From the NCBI RefSeq assembly GCF_001194135.2, contig NC_068984.1:74202575-74258646 (forward strand): a stretch of 56,072 nt of DNA, given 5' to 3'. The stretch is from Octopus bimaculoides (lineage: Eukaryota). The first letter of the stretch is position 1. The number at the start of each line of letters is the position of its first letter. A program made the position numbers and the translations under genes. Positions 1 through 12,116 of the stretch are shown piece after piece. Under the pieces are notes generated by a model, which saw only the letters and a list, made by a program, of their open reading frames with translations, was not told the origin of the DNA and did not search any database.

Positions 1-816
1 AGGTATGTATTTTATGTATCGCTGAGAGAAAGGGAGAGAGAGACACAGGCAGACTAGCGAAGTTTAGTCATGTCTTTGGAAAACGCAGTCAATTATCTAA
101 ATGATTGAATGAGTTACTAATTCTGCTGATCGAATTAATGGAATTCTTATCAGTGAGCTATCTACGTTTATTTCATGCCCATTTTTTTTTTCTTTCTAAA
201 TAGTGTTTTGTTTTTCTTTTGCTTTTACCTTAATTTTCAGGGTTTCATGTATCTGGGGCCACGCTATCCAAAGTGTCCTGTTTTAAAATTTTAGGGCGTG
301 GCCGGCTTTTACTTCTTGTTCGCAGTACGACCGCATAGAGGATCTCTGACAGATTCATATGTGTATGTAAGCTAGTGCGCACATGTTTCTAAGCCGGATA
401 AAACAGAAATGTATAATTTTAGTTTGAAATGAAAAGAGAGGGGAAAAAAAGGCGGGCTTTAATGAAAGTAAGTACGAATATCTAAATTAGCAAATTCGAA
501 TACTTCCTTTACTGTAGCAGATTACTAGAAATAACTGCTCAGTCTCCCTCAGTTGTCAAAGTACCATATTGAATAAAGGAAGTATGCATAGGACAGTGAA
601 GTTGTAAATTTTAAAAAAATTAAAAGGGTGAGAATGTTTAATGTGATGCCATACACACACACACACATTGCCTAGAAAAACTGGTGGAATGGCCACGACG
701 AGAATGGCTTTAATCTTACGACTGTTCGATCAGGACAAACTTGGTATTAAACAACAACAATAACAACAAGAGAAACAATAGCTATTTTATAAGTAATGTT
801 ATTAATAAACAACTTA

Positions 817-1765
817 AAGCGGCGAACTGGTTGCGTCATTTCATCCGTCTTAACGGTCTGAGTTCAAATTCCACCGAGGTCGACTTTGCCTTTCATCCTT
901 TTCGGGGTCGATAAAATAGGTTAACAGTGGAGCACTGAGTTTTATGTAATCGACTCACCCACTCCCCCGAAATTGCTGGCCATATGCCAAAATTTGAAAC
1001 CAATATTATTATTAAACAGTATAAAGGTAGCGAGCTGGAAGAATCTTTAGAGTTTTGGAAAAAATATTTTTTACTTTATTTGGTTAGACCCCGAGATCGA
1101 TTGTGCCTTTCATCTTTCCGAGCACAATAAAATAGATACCAGTCAAGTATTGGAGTAGACGCTGTTGATGTTGACTTACTTCTCCACTAAATCTTGCTGG
1201 TACTGTGCCAAAAATTAAAAAGAATTATTATTATGCTTAGTGACATTTTGTCCGTCTTAACATGGTGGATTTAAATTTCGCTGAGGTTAACTTTAAATTT
1301 GATATTTTGGTGGGGTCGATGAAATAAGTACCTGTTGTGCCCTAAAAAATTTCAAGCCTTGTGCCTATAGTAAAAAACATTATTACTAAGACAGCGAGAT
1401 GGCAGAATCGTAAGATTGTCGGACAAAATGCTTAGCGATATTTTTCGGGCTAGTTCTGAGTTCAAATTTCTCTGAAGTCAACTTTTATCCTTTCAAGGTT
1501 GATAAAACAAAGTACTAGTCGAGTACTTGGCTCGGTGTACTCGACATCAGGACTAAAGTCAAAATTTAAAACAAGGTGGCGCATGGGACGAAATGCTTTG
1601 TGGAATTTCTTCCGGTTATTTACGTTCTGATTCAGTTGAGGTCGGTTTTGCCTTTCATCCTTTTAGGGCTGATAAGATAAGTACCAGTCAAGTACTGGGG
1701 TCGATGTAATCAACTAAACAACTCCCTTAAAATTGCTCACCTTGTGCTAAAATTTGAAAAATTTA
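817..1765 (+). mobile_element. Cluster of five head-to-tail SINE-A copies (tRNA-derived, central CCTTTCATCCTTTCGGGGTCGATAAA motif)
   Basis: Copies at about 817-1005, 1024-1225, 1236-1380, 1390-1555 and 1574-1760 share ggcgagctggcagaa...gagttcaaattcc(g)ccgaggtcgactttgcctttcatcc...gtcgataaa and are separated by (ATT)n spacers. Confidence 0.85.
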
Positions 1766-2617
1766 TTATTAGTAGTTGTTAATTACCATTGCTTTTACCT
1801 TTATTTTTAATGGCCTCTGCATTAAATATTTTTCTAACTACAAAGACAGCAAATAAAAACTCCATAGTTTACATCAGACTAGTACTGGTTTTCAGTGCCA
1901 GATTAAATCCGACAAACGGCCTAAACGCAGCCCAGTAACAGAGTTCAATCAAACTCTTTGATCGTCTGACTGACAAGACTTTAAAACATAGTAGTGAATA
2001 TGAAGTAGATTAAAAATGCCATTTTTTCCTGACTATCTTCCAGTTTAAATTTCACAGCATTAGTTAATGCAACCTATTTTGAAAATTCATTTATTTAGCA
2101 CAGAAAGCAGGAGTCAATCAAATTATTTACTTATAACTAGGACGACAGATAACACGTAAACTTTCAACAAACATACAGGCATATGCTTTTGTATGCATGA
2201 ATACCTGCATAGTTTAATTGCTCTTTTTTTTTCTGCCAGTTTAGAAAGACCCGGTTTCCAAACTGAGATGCAAAATTCTTTATTGGAATTTAGACAATAT
2301 CAACGAGATAGGCATGTAGTATGTAAATATGTATTGCATATGTATGTAATATGTTTGTTTGTGTATATGTATATTTTCTGTATGTATTTACGTGTATATA
2401 TATATATATATATAGACATACATTTGCATACTGATATACCCGAATGTATATTTTTATGCATATATATATATACATCATCACCTTGTGCGTAAATTTGTAT
2501 TTCATTACTACATGCTTATATATGTACGTCTCTATGTGAAGATATGTACACTGATATATTGTAATTACGTATATTTGTGTGTAGACTGTATTAGACTCTG
2601 TGTGCGTGTGTCTGTGT

Positions 2618-2665
<48 letters not shown>

Positions 2666-2741
2666 GCGTGCGTGTGTATGTGTGCGTATCCAGAAAACTC
2701 GCTTGTATGCTTGTTTGATTCGTATTTTCTACACCCACTTT

Positions 2742-2930
2742 TACATTGGTCAACGGCGACCAAAGAAACGATTCAAAGACCAGTTGAAGACCATGTTAAA
2801 AAGGAACAGCATTAACCTTTCAAGAGTTGAAGACTTCGCTACCCATTGTTCCATTTCGCGGGCTCACTGTCAGAGTGGAATTGAAATAACGAAAGAGAAT
2901 TGCAGTCGCCACCACTAGAAAAATGAAGCG
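2742..2930 (+). mobile_element. RTE-clade LINE fragment (post-RT C-terminal region)
   Basis: Translation GQRRPKKRFKDQLKTMLKRNSI resembles the RTE G.R..G...KR.KD.LK motif. Confidence 0.6.
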
Positions 2931-4582
2931 TGTACACAAAATAATGTCTTAAAACTTTCTATGTAACAACATATTTACATGTTTAGTCTGCAACGGATGA
3001 AGACGCACATCATAGAAAGGGAGTCATAAACAGACTCCATGGATACCCATATACAAGAACATATGTGCACAGACATTTATATATCTATACACAGGCCTCA
3101 TTGCATACAAATACGGAACGTGTTGATTGTTATAACTACCATCCCTGACGTTTTGCTTCCTAATCTCACTCAGGTTTTACTTGAAGATTGAAATTATTTG
3201 ACATTTGCATCATAGTAGAGTTGAGGCTCTCGAACTGTGATCAGCAGATTTTTAAGGATCATCGTTTAGGATTTAGAAAATTCTTACTAATTACTCTTTT
3301 TCATAGTATATTTTATTATATAATAAATATGATTAGTAAAACGTGATGGGCAAACACTTTCTATGCTTTTACACGTTTAATTTCAATGTAGTTTTATTTT
3401 TAATACATGAGGAGTTATTGATGCATTTTCTGTGGTAAGTGCATCACTAAATAATTTAGTTTCCATGTGAAGTGGACCACTAATTGTTTTCACATTCTAT
3501 GAGAAGGACAATAATAAAGTTCTTACTTTTTATTTTTAATTTTTTTTTTTTTTTTTTTAATTTTCAGTATGCTACGAAGTCAGAGGAAGTCAAATGAAAG
3601 TGATATATATATCGTTCAAAATGCATATGGCTCGAGGCCAGAAGTCTATTTATCCGATAGATTCCTCATCGCCTTCTTCAAGATCCATTTGAAACTGTGG
3701 GCGAGATGTTGTTCTTCAACAAAACTAGTGGGGGATTGCAAGTAGCAGAAACTGGTACACGTAAGAGGGTTAATTTAGGAATTTTGGTAGATTTCAGTCG
3801 AAAGAGGGTGTATCAAGTTGTCAAAACCTTAGAGGCGTTTTGGATACCCCGTACGCATATGCACCTACACGCACGAGCAGGTGTAGTATTAAATTATTGA
3901 ACGCGCAAATCAATTATCAAAACTGTTCTAGTTGAGAATATTCTGTATTATTTTTACGTTTAGGTTATCGGGGTAATTTGAAAGAGATTTGGCTATAATT
4001 TATTACAAGTTGAATAACTACGTGAAGGCTTCCTCGTAGGTTCGACACCAAAGTATTTTTAAACCGGATGTTAAAAATCAACTCATTATCATTTTAACCA
4101 AACAATAGGAGCTCGAGTTAAGGTTTTATTTTTATTTTATTCATAGCCTAATTTATGCAATGAACAAAATTGAATAGAGAATATAAGAGGAAGATGAAGA
4201 GAACGAAGCAGATTGGATAGAGAGAAAGAGTTAGTGAAATACACTGTGTGCACGTGAGTGTGTCTGTATAGGAATCTATATGCATGTTATACAGCAGTCC
4301 CCTACATTATAGAAAGGTTGTGTTCCTGCAAGATTTGCCACAACATGAAATTCCAATACGGAATGCTTATTTTGTAATTAAAGTCCTGTTATAATTTGAG
4401 ATGCGATCCTATAGAACTGTTTTCGGAAAACCGAATAATGCACATCACTTTTCTGTATGAAAATGAATATTTTTGAAATCATAGACTAAAACATTTGAAG
4501 ACAAGAACATTGGGGATTAAATAAGGATGAACATTTAGCTTTCGCTTGAGTAACTAACCGTCGTGGTTATCTGCACAATAGT

Positions 4583-4795
4583 TCTTGGCTGATCTGGCAG
4601 AAACGTTAGCACGCCGTGCGAAATGCTTAGCGGTATTTCTTCTGTCTTTGCGTTATTGATTCAAATTCCGCTGATGTCGAATTTGCCTTTCATCCTTTCG
4701 GGGTCGATAAATTAAGTGCCAGTTGTGCACTGTGGTCGATCTAATCGACTCCTCCACCAAAATTTCGGGCCTTGTGCCTAGAGTAGAAAAGAATA
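4583..4795 (+). mobile_element. SINE-A copy
   Basis: ctggcagaaacgttagcacgcc...gcctttcatcctttcggggtcgataaattaagtgccag...gtgcctagagtagaaaagaat. Confidence 0.85.
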
Positions 4796-5119
4796 TTTCT
4801 AGGCTGATTGCTGTTCCCAAATCTGAGATGCCATTCTATATAAAGCTTTCGTTTCCATTTGGTGGCTTCTTTCCAGTCATCTTGACTCTATGCTCTGTAC
4901 ATTGCAAACAATAAATTCATCTGCAGCGACGAAAGATGAGAAAAATTGCACCTCAACCCTAGTAGGCAAGAAACATCAATTGTATATATAATGTATAATT
5001 ATATTTTGTCGTATCTATGTATGTAAGTACGTTTTATGTATGGCTGTATATATGAGTGTATTATATATATTCGTATATATGTATGTATACATGTACTATG
5101 CTTGTTTTTAACTTTTGAC

Positions 5120-5159
5120 TGTCTATGTATGTATGTATGTATGTATGTATGTATGTATG

Positions 5160-5210
<51 letters not shown>

Positions 5211-5215
5211 TTATC

Positions 5216-5298
<83 letters not shown>

Positions 5299-5426
5299 TT
5301 ATCTATATGTATACATCATTGTGTACTAAACATATATGCTAACACGAGTTCAGATATTTTTCATCTTTTCAGTTTGTTTTCCAAATTAGCTTGTATAGGC
5401 ATAAACATGTGTGCGTGCGTGCGTGC

Positions 5427-5482
<56 letters not shown>

Positions 5483-5591
5483 ATGAGTGAAAAGCGATCG
5501 ATCGCACTATCGATAGAGAGACTAATAGACAGACAGACAGACAGACAGATAGATAGGTAGATGGATAGATAGATAGATAGATAGGTAGATG

Positions 5592-5642
<51 letters not shown>

Positions 5643-5643
5643 G

Positions 5644-5709
<66 letters not shown>

Positions 5710-5710
5710 C
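5120..5710. repeat. Compound microsatellites (TATG)n(TATC)n, (TG)n, (GATA)n
   Basis: Direct reading; the TATC block (5160-5300) and GATA block (5545-5708) are in opposite orientation. Confidence 0.95.
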
Positions 5711-6144
5711 CGATAAGGTAGTAATCATAGTCAGGCCCTGATAAATAGATTTATAAATTTATTGATAACTGTATCATATAGGTACCAACATGTAGAATAT
5801 ATACCTACATACAAACACAAACCTTATAGGCGAGTGAGAAGGACAGTTATTAATGTACCCATGAATATATTCGTAATATATTTCGCAACAAGTAGAAAAT
5901 CGCTAAAACCAAATTCTTGCGTTAACAAACACAATTATAATGAAAAGCGTGGGGGTGTGATTGTAAAACTTTACAGAAAAGAATGATAAGAAATAAAAAT
6001 GGCGGCATTTTCCTTTAAGTGAAATGTATCCGGGTTTGATTCCGGACACAAATTTCTTCTCTTATTACTGTAATTTTCAGAATGAATTAAATTGTATAGA
6101 AAATGGAATCTGTGTTCTATTTATTGCGTAATCTTTTCAAGAGT

Positions 6145-6340
6145 GGCATAATCGTTTAAGTGTCGTCCCGAAAAAATGTTTTATATATTCCGACATTTTA
6201 CATCTTGAATTCAATTCCCGCCAACGTCAACTTCGCTTTTCATGCCTCCTCTGCGGTCGATAAAATAAAGTACCGGTCAAGTTCGAATACCGGGATCGAC
6301 CCTTCAAAGTAGCTCGGCCTTCTGCTTAAATTAAAAGTCA
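6145..6340 (+). mobile_element. Diverged SINE-A copy
   Basis: cttgaattcaattcccgcc...cttcgcttttcatgcctc...ggtcgataaaataaagtacc. Confidence 0.65.
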
Positions 6341-6454
6341 TATATATGTATTTCCTTACATAGCATTCCTCAACATACGGTCTACTGATCATACTTCTAC
6401 CATTTGCATTCAAGTTTCGAAATAAACCGCGAAAATGAAATTATATTCTCATTT

Positions 6455-6966
6455 GAACAACACACACTCACACATACATTTAGGACATAAAACCAACGTG
6501 ATGCTCAATTACAAAATACAAACTAAAAAAGCTAAAACAGCGTTTCAAAGAATATTCCACTAAACATGAAAAATAAATTCAATCAGATATAACAACAATA
6601 ACAACAAATAAAATTGCACGTATATATATGTATGTGTTATGCATGTATGTTTTGTGTGATTCTATCTATCTAGCTAGCTAGCTAGCTATATAAGTGTGTG
6701 TGTGTGTGTGTGTATGTATGTATATATGTATGTATGTATGTATGTATAGATAGATAGATAGATAGATAGATAAATTCACACACATACATACATGCATAGC
6801 ACACACATATATAGTGCTATTTTATTTGTTGCTATATCTGATTGAATTTATTTTTCATGTTTACTGGAATATTCTTTAAAACGCCGGTTTAGCTTTTTGT
6901 TTGTATTTTGTAATTCAGCATCCCGTTGGTTTTATGTCCTAAATGTATGTGTGAGTGCGTGTTGTC
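6455..6966. repeat. Inverted repeat: arms 6455-6627 and 6807-6966 around a microsatellite spacer
   Basis: The reverse complement of 6807-6966 reproduces 6455-6627 (cacatacatttaggacataaaaccaacg..gatgct.aattacaaaatacaaac...aaacatgaaaaataaattcaatcagatata) at about 90% identity by eye. Confidence 0.92.
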
Positions 6967-6982
6967 CAGTATATATATACAT

Positions 6983-7037
<55 letters not shown>

Positions 7038-7069
7038 TGTATGTATATAGGATGTTTGTATGTATGTTG

Positions 7070-7137
<68 letters not shown>

Positions 7138-7455
7138 GGTGCCCCAGTATGGCCGCAGCCTCAAGGCTGAAACATATAAAGGAATAAAAGAATATTTATA
7201 TATATATATATACATAATTTCAAAACATGAAGTATGTTAAAAAATCTTACCATGTGGCTGTTTCTTCTGCAGCGATTTCCTGACATTTTAAAAATTTTCA
7301 TATGGTTTTCATTATTACAGGTCATTGTTGTTTTCTGTGCGTATATATATATATGGCTATATACATTCATATATATGTACATATATATACGCATGCATGT
7401 ATGCACATGCTATTGAACTTGGTTTTTACTTTTTTCAGCACATTTTTTTTTTCTT

Positions 7456-8739
7456 TCAGAACCATTTTGTGAATCCCAATAATTCTTCTTCTTCAGCACT
7501 AAGTCCTTCGTAAGAACTATCCGAGCAAGAACTCGGTCGCGGCGAGTTCATAACCGTAGTCTGGTATATTCCGTTAGTTAAACCGGCAGCCGTTAATCCG
7601 GCAGCGGTCAAACAGCTACTATCGAAGATTGTGTTGACGGTGTCACTATCCTCAACAAGGTCTTGTAGGTAGTGTATGTAATCAATGGCTGCTCGTAAAG
7701 TTTCTACTTTGCTCATTTTTTTGTTCTTACTGCCCTTCGGACCGCTCGGTATATGTTCTCTAAGCGTGGCAAAAGTCATGTTGATCAACTTAACGCGGTT
7801 TCTTTCGCGTTCGTTGCGCCGAGCCACGGCAACTGTCTGTGGTCGATGCAACGGCAAGTAGTTGGTGTGGTTGAAATCGAGACGTCGCTTACAGTTCATC
7901 AGCTCGCGTGCGTTCTCTTTCATCGATATCGTACGGACTGATTTCGAATTGGGAGTCGTCGTCGTCGTCGTGGAGGAGGTTGTGGTCGCCGCCGCCGCCG
8001 TCGTCGTCGTCGTCGCTGGAAACCCGTTCGTTGCCGCCACTGCCGTCGTCGTTGAAAACGCGTTCGTCGTCGTCGTCGCAGCCATCATCGCAGTCGCCGT
8101 CGTCGTCGTTGTTGTAGCCGATGACGTCAGCGTCGTCTCTACCACCATTGGTTCCGGCACCAGTGCCGCTGTCATTGTATTTCGTGCCGCTGCTCGTTGC
8201 AATGCAGCCTGTTGTGCCGCCACCACCGCAGTATTCCCAACTGCTGCTTGCACCGCTGCCGCCGCCGCCGCCGCAGCCGCTTGTACTGCTGCTGCTGTTG
8301 ATGATGATGACGATAATGATGATAATGATGACTGTGTTGGTAACGAAGACAGCGATGGTAACGAAGACAGCGATGGTAACGAAGACAGCGATGATGACGA
8401 AGACGATAATGATGATGCTGATGATGCTGATACTGATGATAACGCTGACATTGCTGCTGCAGTTGCTGCCACTGACGATGAAGATGATAATGATGATGAT
8501 GACGATGATAATGATGCTGCTACAACAGGTGGCGCTGTGTGTATTGTCAGTGGCATTGCATTCGATGTGTTCAGATTTGCTATTGGAGAATGTATAGTAA
8601 ACATACAAGCCGGTCGGTCAGTACCGGTCAGTGCGCCCAGCATTGTGTGGCCTTGAACGCTTATCTGTTGTGCAGCCGCCGCCATTGACGCAACGTTAGC
8701 TATAGCACTCAATGATATTGTCTCTACTTGACCATCCAT
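7456..8739 (-). CDS. ASCL1: Achaete-scute family (ASCa/ASCL1-like) proneural bHLH transcription factor, 427 aa, single coding exon
   Basis: ELMNCKRRLDF pre-basic motif, bHLH VARRNERERNRVKLINMTFATLREHIP...NKKMSKVETLRAAIDYIHYLQ and C-terminal SYEGLSAEEEELLGFTKWF all match vertebrate ASCL1 (PELMRCKRRLNF / ARRNERERNRVK / KKMSKVETLR / EEQELLDFTNWF). ATG is in a strong context (aagATGG) with an upstream in-frame TAA near 8821. The symbol denotes family-level homology, not proven orthology. Confidence 0.97.
   Translation of the reverse strand: MDGQVETISLSAIANVASMAAAAQQISVQGHTMLGALTGTDRPACMFTIHSPIANLNTSNAMPLTIHTAPPVVAASLSSSSSSLSSSSSVAATAAAMSALSSVSASSASSLSSSSSSLSSLPSLSSLPSLSSLPTQSSLSSLSSSSSTAAAVQAAAAAAAAAVQAAVGNTAVVAAQQAALQRAAARNTMTAALVPEPMVVETTLTSSATTTTTTATAMMAATTTTNAFSTTTAVAATNGFPATTTTTAAAATTTSSTTTTTTPNSKSVRTISMKENARELMNCKRRLDFNHTNYLPLHRPQTVAVARRNERERNRVKLINMTFATLREHIPSGPKGSKNKKMSKVETLRAAIDYIHYLQDLVEDSDTVNTIFDSSCLTAAGLTAAGLTNGIYQTTVMNSPRPSSCSDSSYEGLSAEEEELLGFTKWF
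8339..8392 (-). repeat. 3 x 18-bp coding tandem repeat encoding (SLSSLP)n
   Basis: ggtaacgaagacagcgat occurs three times head-to-tail on the + strand inside the ASH CDS. Confidence 0.9.
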
Positions 8740-9234
8740 CTTATCTGCTTGTTTGCTTACGTGTTTGTTTGTTTGTTTGTTGTTGTTGTTGTTAATGTGA
8801 CTGTAATTAGTAAAAGTCTTTTAAGTGGTGGTGAAGGTATAAAGTTAATATGATGTTTTTTGATTAAGTCGACAAAAAATATACAAATGCATGCATGAAC
8901 ATTTATATTATATATGTATATCCTTGTGAATGTATGTGATAAAATGTGATATATTTTTTTTTATCACAAATACTTTANNNNNNNNNNNNNNNNNNNNNNN
9001 NNNNNNNNNNNNNNNNNNNNNNNNNNNNNNNNNNNNNNNNNNNNNNNNNNNNNNNNNNNNNNNNNNNNNNNNNNNNNNNNNNNNNNNNNNNNNNNNNNNN
9101 NNNNNNNNNNNNNNNNNNNNNNNNNNNNNNNNNNNNNNNNNNNNNNNNNNNNNNNNNNNNNNNNNNNNNNNNNNNNNNNNNNNNNNNNNNNNNNNNNNNN
9201 NNNNNNNNNNNNNNNNNNNNNNNNNNNNNNNNNN

Positions 9235-9272
<38 letters not shown>

Positions 9273-10309
9273 CGATAATGTGTATACAGGTGTTATGCTC
9301 AGTTATAAGTTTGTAATGACAAATGATGAATATTACAATTACTATGATATCAACATAATATATAATATTAAATTGTAATTAGTTTAAACAAATTCGTTTA
9401 AAACACTACATACACATATATATTCATACATATATATAGTTTTTTAATAATAATTTTTTGTTGTTATTATTATAACGAAGGAAGCAGTAATGTAATCAAA
9501 TGTGTGAAGATATCTCTTTGTAACGAACTAATTATCTAATTAATAAATAATTGCCTTTCTGTGTGACTATGCAACAGATTCGTTTTTGTGTGAATTCTAT
9601 AAAGTCTGTTTTGCCTGCATGCATTTTCATCTGTTATTTTGTTCTGATTTTTTTTTTTCTTCTTGATTGCTGGTATATTATGTTCGATTTATCGATCTCT
9701 CTGTTGTCAGTGGATTGTAATAATCAATACGATCGTCGACAACACGTTTTTCTTTTCCTTTTTTTTCTTTTCTTTTTGATGTAATTGCGGTTCCTTTGGT
9801 TTCACTAGGCAGCTAGTAATATGTATGCATACACTTAGACAGATAAATACATATACATTAATAAATAAATAACTTAATATATATGTTCAGCGTGTATGTA
9901 TATACGAAAAAGGCTTGTTGCATAGATAAGGATGTTTTTTTTTTTCGTTTACTTGATTTTTGGATTATTATCTCTTTCTATATATATATTATATATATAT
10001 TGTATATATATATGTGTGTGTATAGTAAACTGATTGTTACATATAAACATTTGCGGGTACGGATGAGTCTGTAAGTGTGCCTGTGTATATGTATTTGTGG
10101 GTGTGTAAGTGTAAGTGTGAATGGCGTATACAGTCTCCGTAGGTGTGTATGTATGAGCGTGTGTATATATGTGGTGATTTTTTTTCTTTTTTTTTTTCTT
10201 TTCTTGTTTTGGTTTTTTTTTTTTTTTTTGCCAAAGTGCGATAGCCGACGCTTCTTGACTGACTGCCTGCCTGATTCGCCTGTCTGCGTGAATGGAGTGC
10301 CGTCTCACT

Positions 10310-10372
10310 CACAACTGACTGGAAGAACGAGTCAGCCGGGGCTTAAAGCTCAACGTGTGCGGGTCGCGTGGA
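10310..10372 (-). promoter_or_regulatory. Candidate core promoter of the achaete-scute gene (Inr, TATA-like box, Hairy/E(spl) class C site)
   Basis: On the minus strand: TCAGTT initiator with its A at 10316, TTTAAG starting 31 nt upstream (10347), and CACGCGAC at 10370-10363, all in a CpG-containing non-repetitive island. Confidence 0.55.
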
Positions 10373-10419
10373 TAAGCAACCGGGAGTTTGCTTTTGCCTT
10401 TCAAAGCAGGCCGACGGAC

Positions 10420-11135
<716 letters not shown>

Positions 11136-11835
11136 TACATCTCATAAAAGAAATCATCTTTACAATTTTATTTATTTATTTTTTTCTTACCTGCTTGCCG
11201 AGCGGATAGTTTGCTTTTTGATAATGTTCTCTCTTTCTTTCTTTCTTTCTTTGTCTATTTATTCATTTATTTATACACTTGCGGTTTATCTATCTGGTGT
11301 TTTGTTTACCCTTTTCTTAGACATAGTTTGTTATACTTCATACACACTAACACATACATGTATACATACATACACGCATACATGCATACAAAGAGAGCTA
11401 CATGCATACGTACATTCATACATACATACATGCATGCATATATATACATGCATACATACACACATGCTCGTATACATACAGTATAACACGCATGCATATT
11501 CCCATACATTAATACATGCACATACACATATATACATACGCATACACACATACATACATTCATATATATATATACTTTCCTGCCTTTCTTCTTCTTCTTC
11601 TTCTTCTTCTTCTTCTTCTTCTTCTTCTTCATCCTCCTCCTCCTCTTTCTCGTCTGTCGCTTTCTCCCTCACGGCTATCTACCTCATTCGCTCTCCACAT
11701 CTCTCTCTCTATCTCTCATGCTACCTTTCTTTCCTTGCCTAGGCTTTCCTTTCTCCTACCTTGTTCCCCCACCACCATACATACATGTATACATACATGT
11801 ACAACCGTGCGTAAACACATAGCGATTGCTCCATC

Positions 11836-11975
11836 TTAACAGGTTATTGTCGTCGTTTTGTGCTTTCTCGTTGACAATAACATATCTGACTTTCCGTCCG
11901 TGACTCTTCAGATGGGTGGTCAGACCCGTTGCCGATCTGCATAGTCTGCTGCATAGGAGACAGACCAAAATCGTA
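11836..11975 (-). mobile_element. RTE LINE 3-prime end fragment
   Basis: LVCLLCSRLCRSATGLTTHLKSH matches the RTE C-terminal C..C.R.C.S..GL..H Zn-finger-like motif. Confidence 0.65.
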
Positions 11976-12076
11976 ACATATACACATACATACCTAGATA
12001 CATATATGCATGTATACATATATGCATGTATACATACATACAAACATCCGTACACACACACACACGCACGCACGCG

Positions 12077-12113
<37 letters not shown>

Positions 12114-12116
12114 ATA

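Noticed and set aside
817-1765. Regularly spaced repeats resembling a CRISPR array
   Set aside because: Units are ~190-bp eukaryotic SINEs with Pol III boxes, not short identical repeats with unique spacers; no cas genes and a eukaryotic context.
5160-5708. Opposed (TATC)n and (GATA)n blocks able to fold back
   Set aside because: Complementarity comes only from simple repeats that are ubiquitous in this genome; no unique-sequence arms, unlike 6455-6966.
5700-7455. Search for Drosophila-type K, GY, Brd or proneural boxes in the ASH 3-prime flank
   Set aside because: None seen on the minus strand by eye; the only AGCTTTA noticed is in the promoter TATA-like element.
7862-8656. 264-aa antisense ORF and 239-aa alternative-frame ORF (7889-8608) overlapping ASH
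   Set aside because: By-products of stop-free trinucleotide repeats in the real CDS; the alternative frame starts at TTG, not ATG, and neither has recognisable domains.
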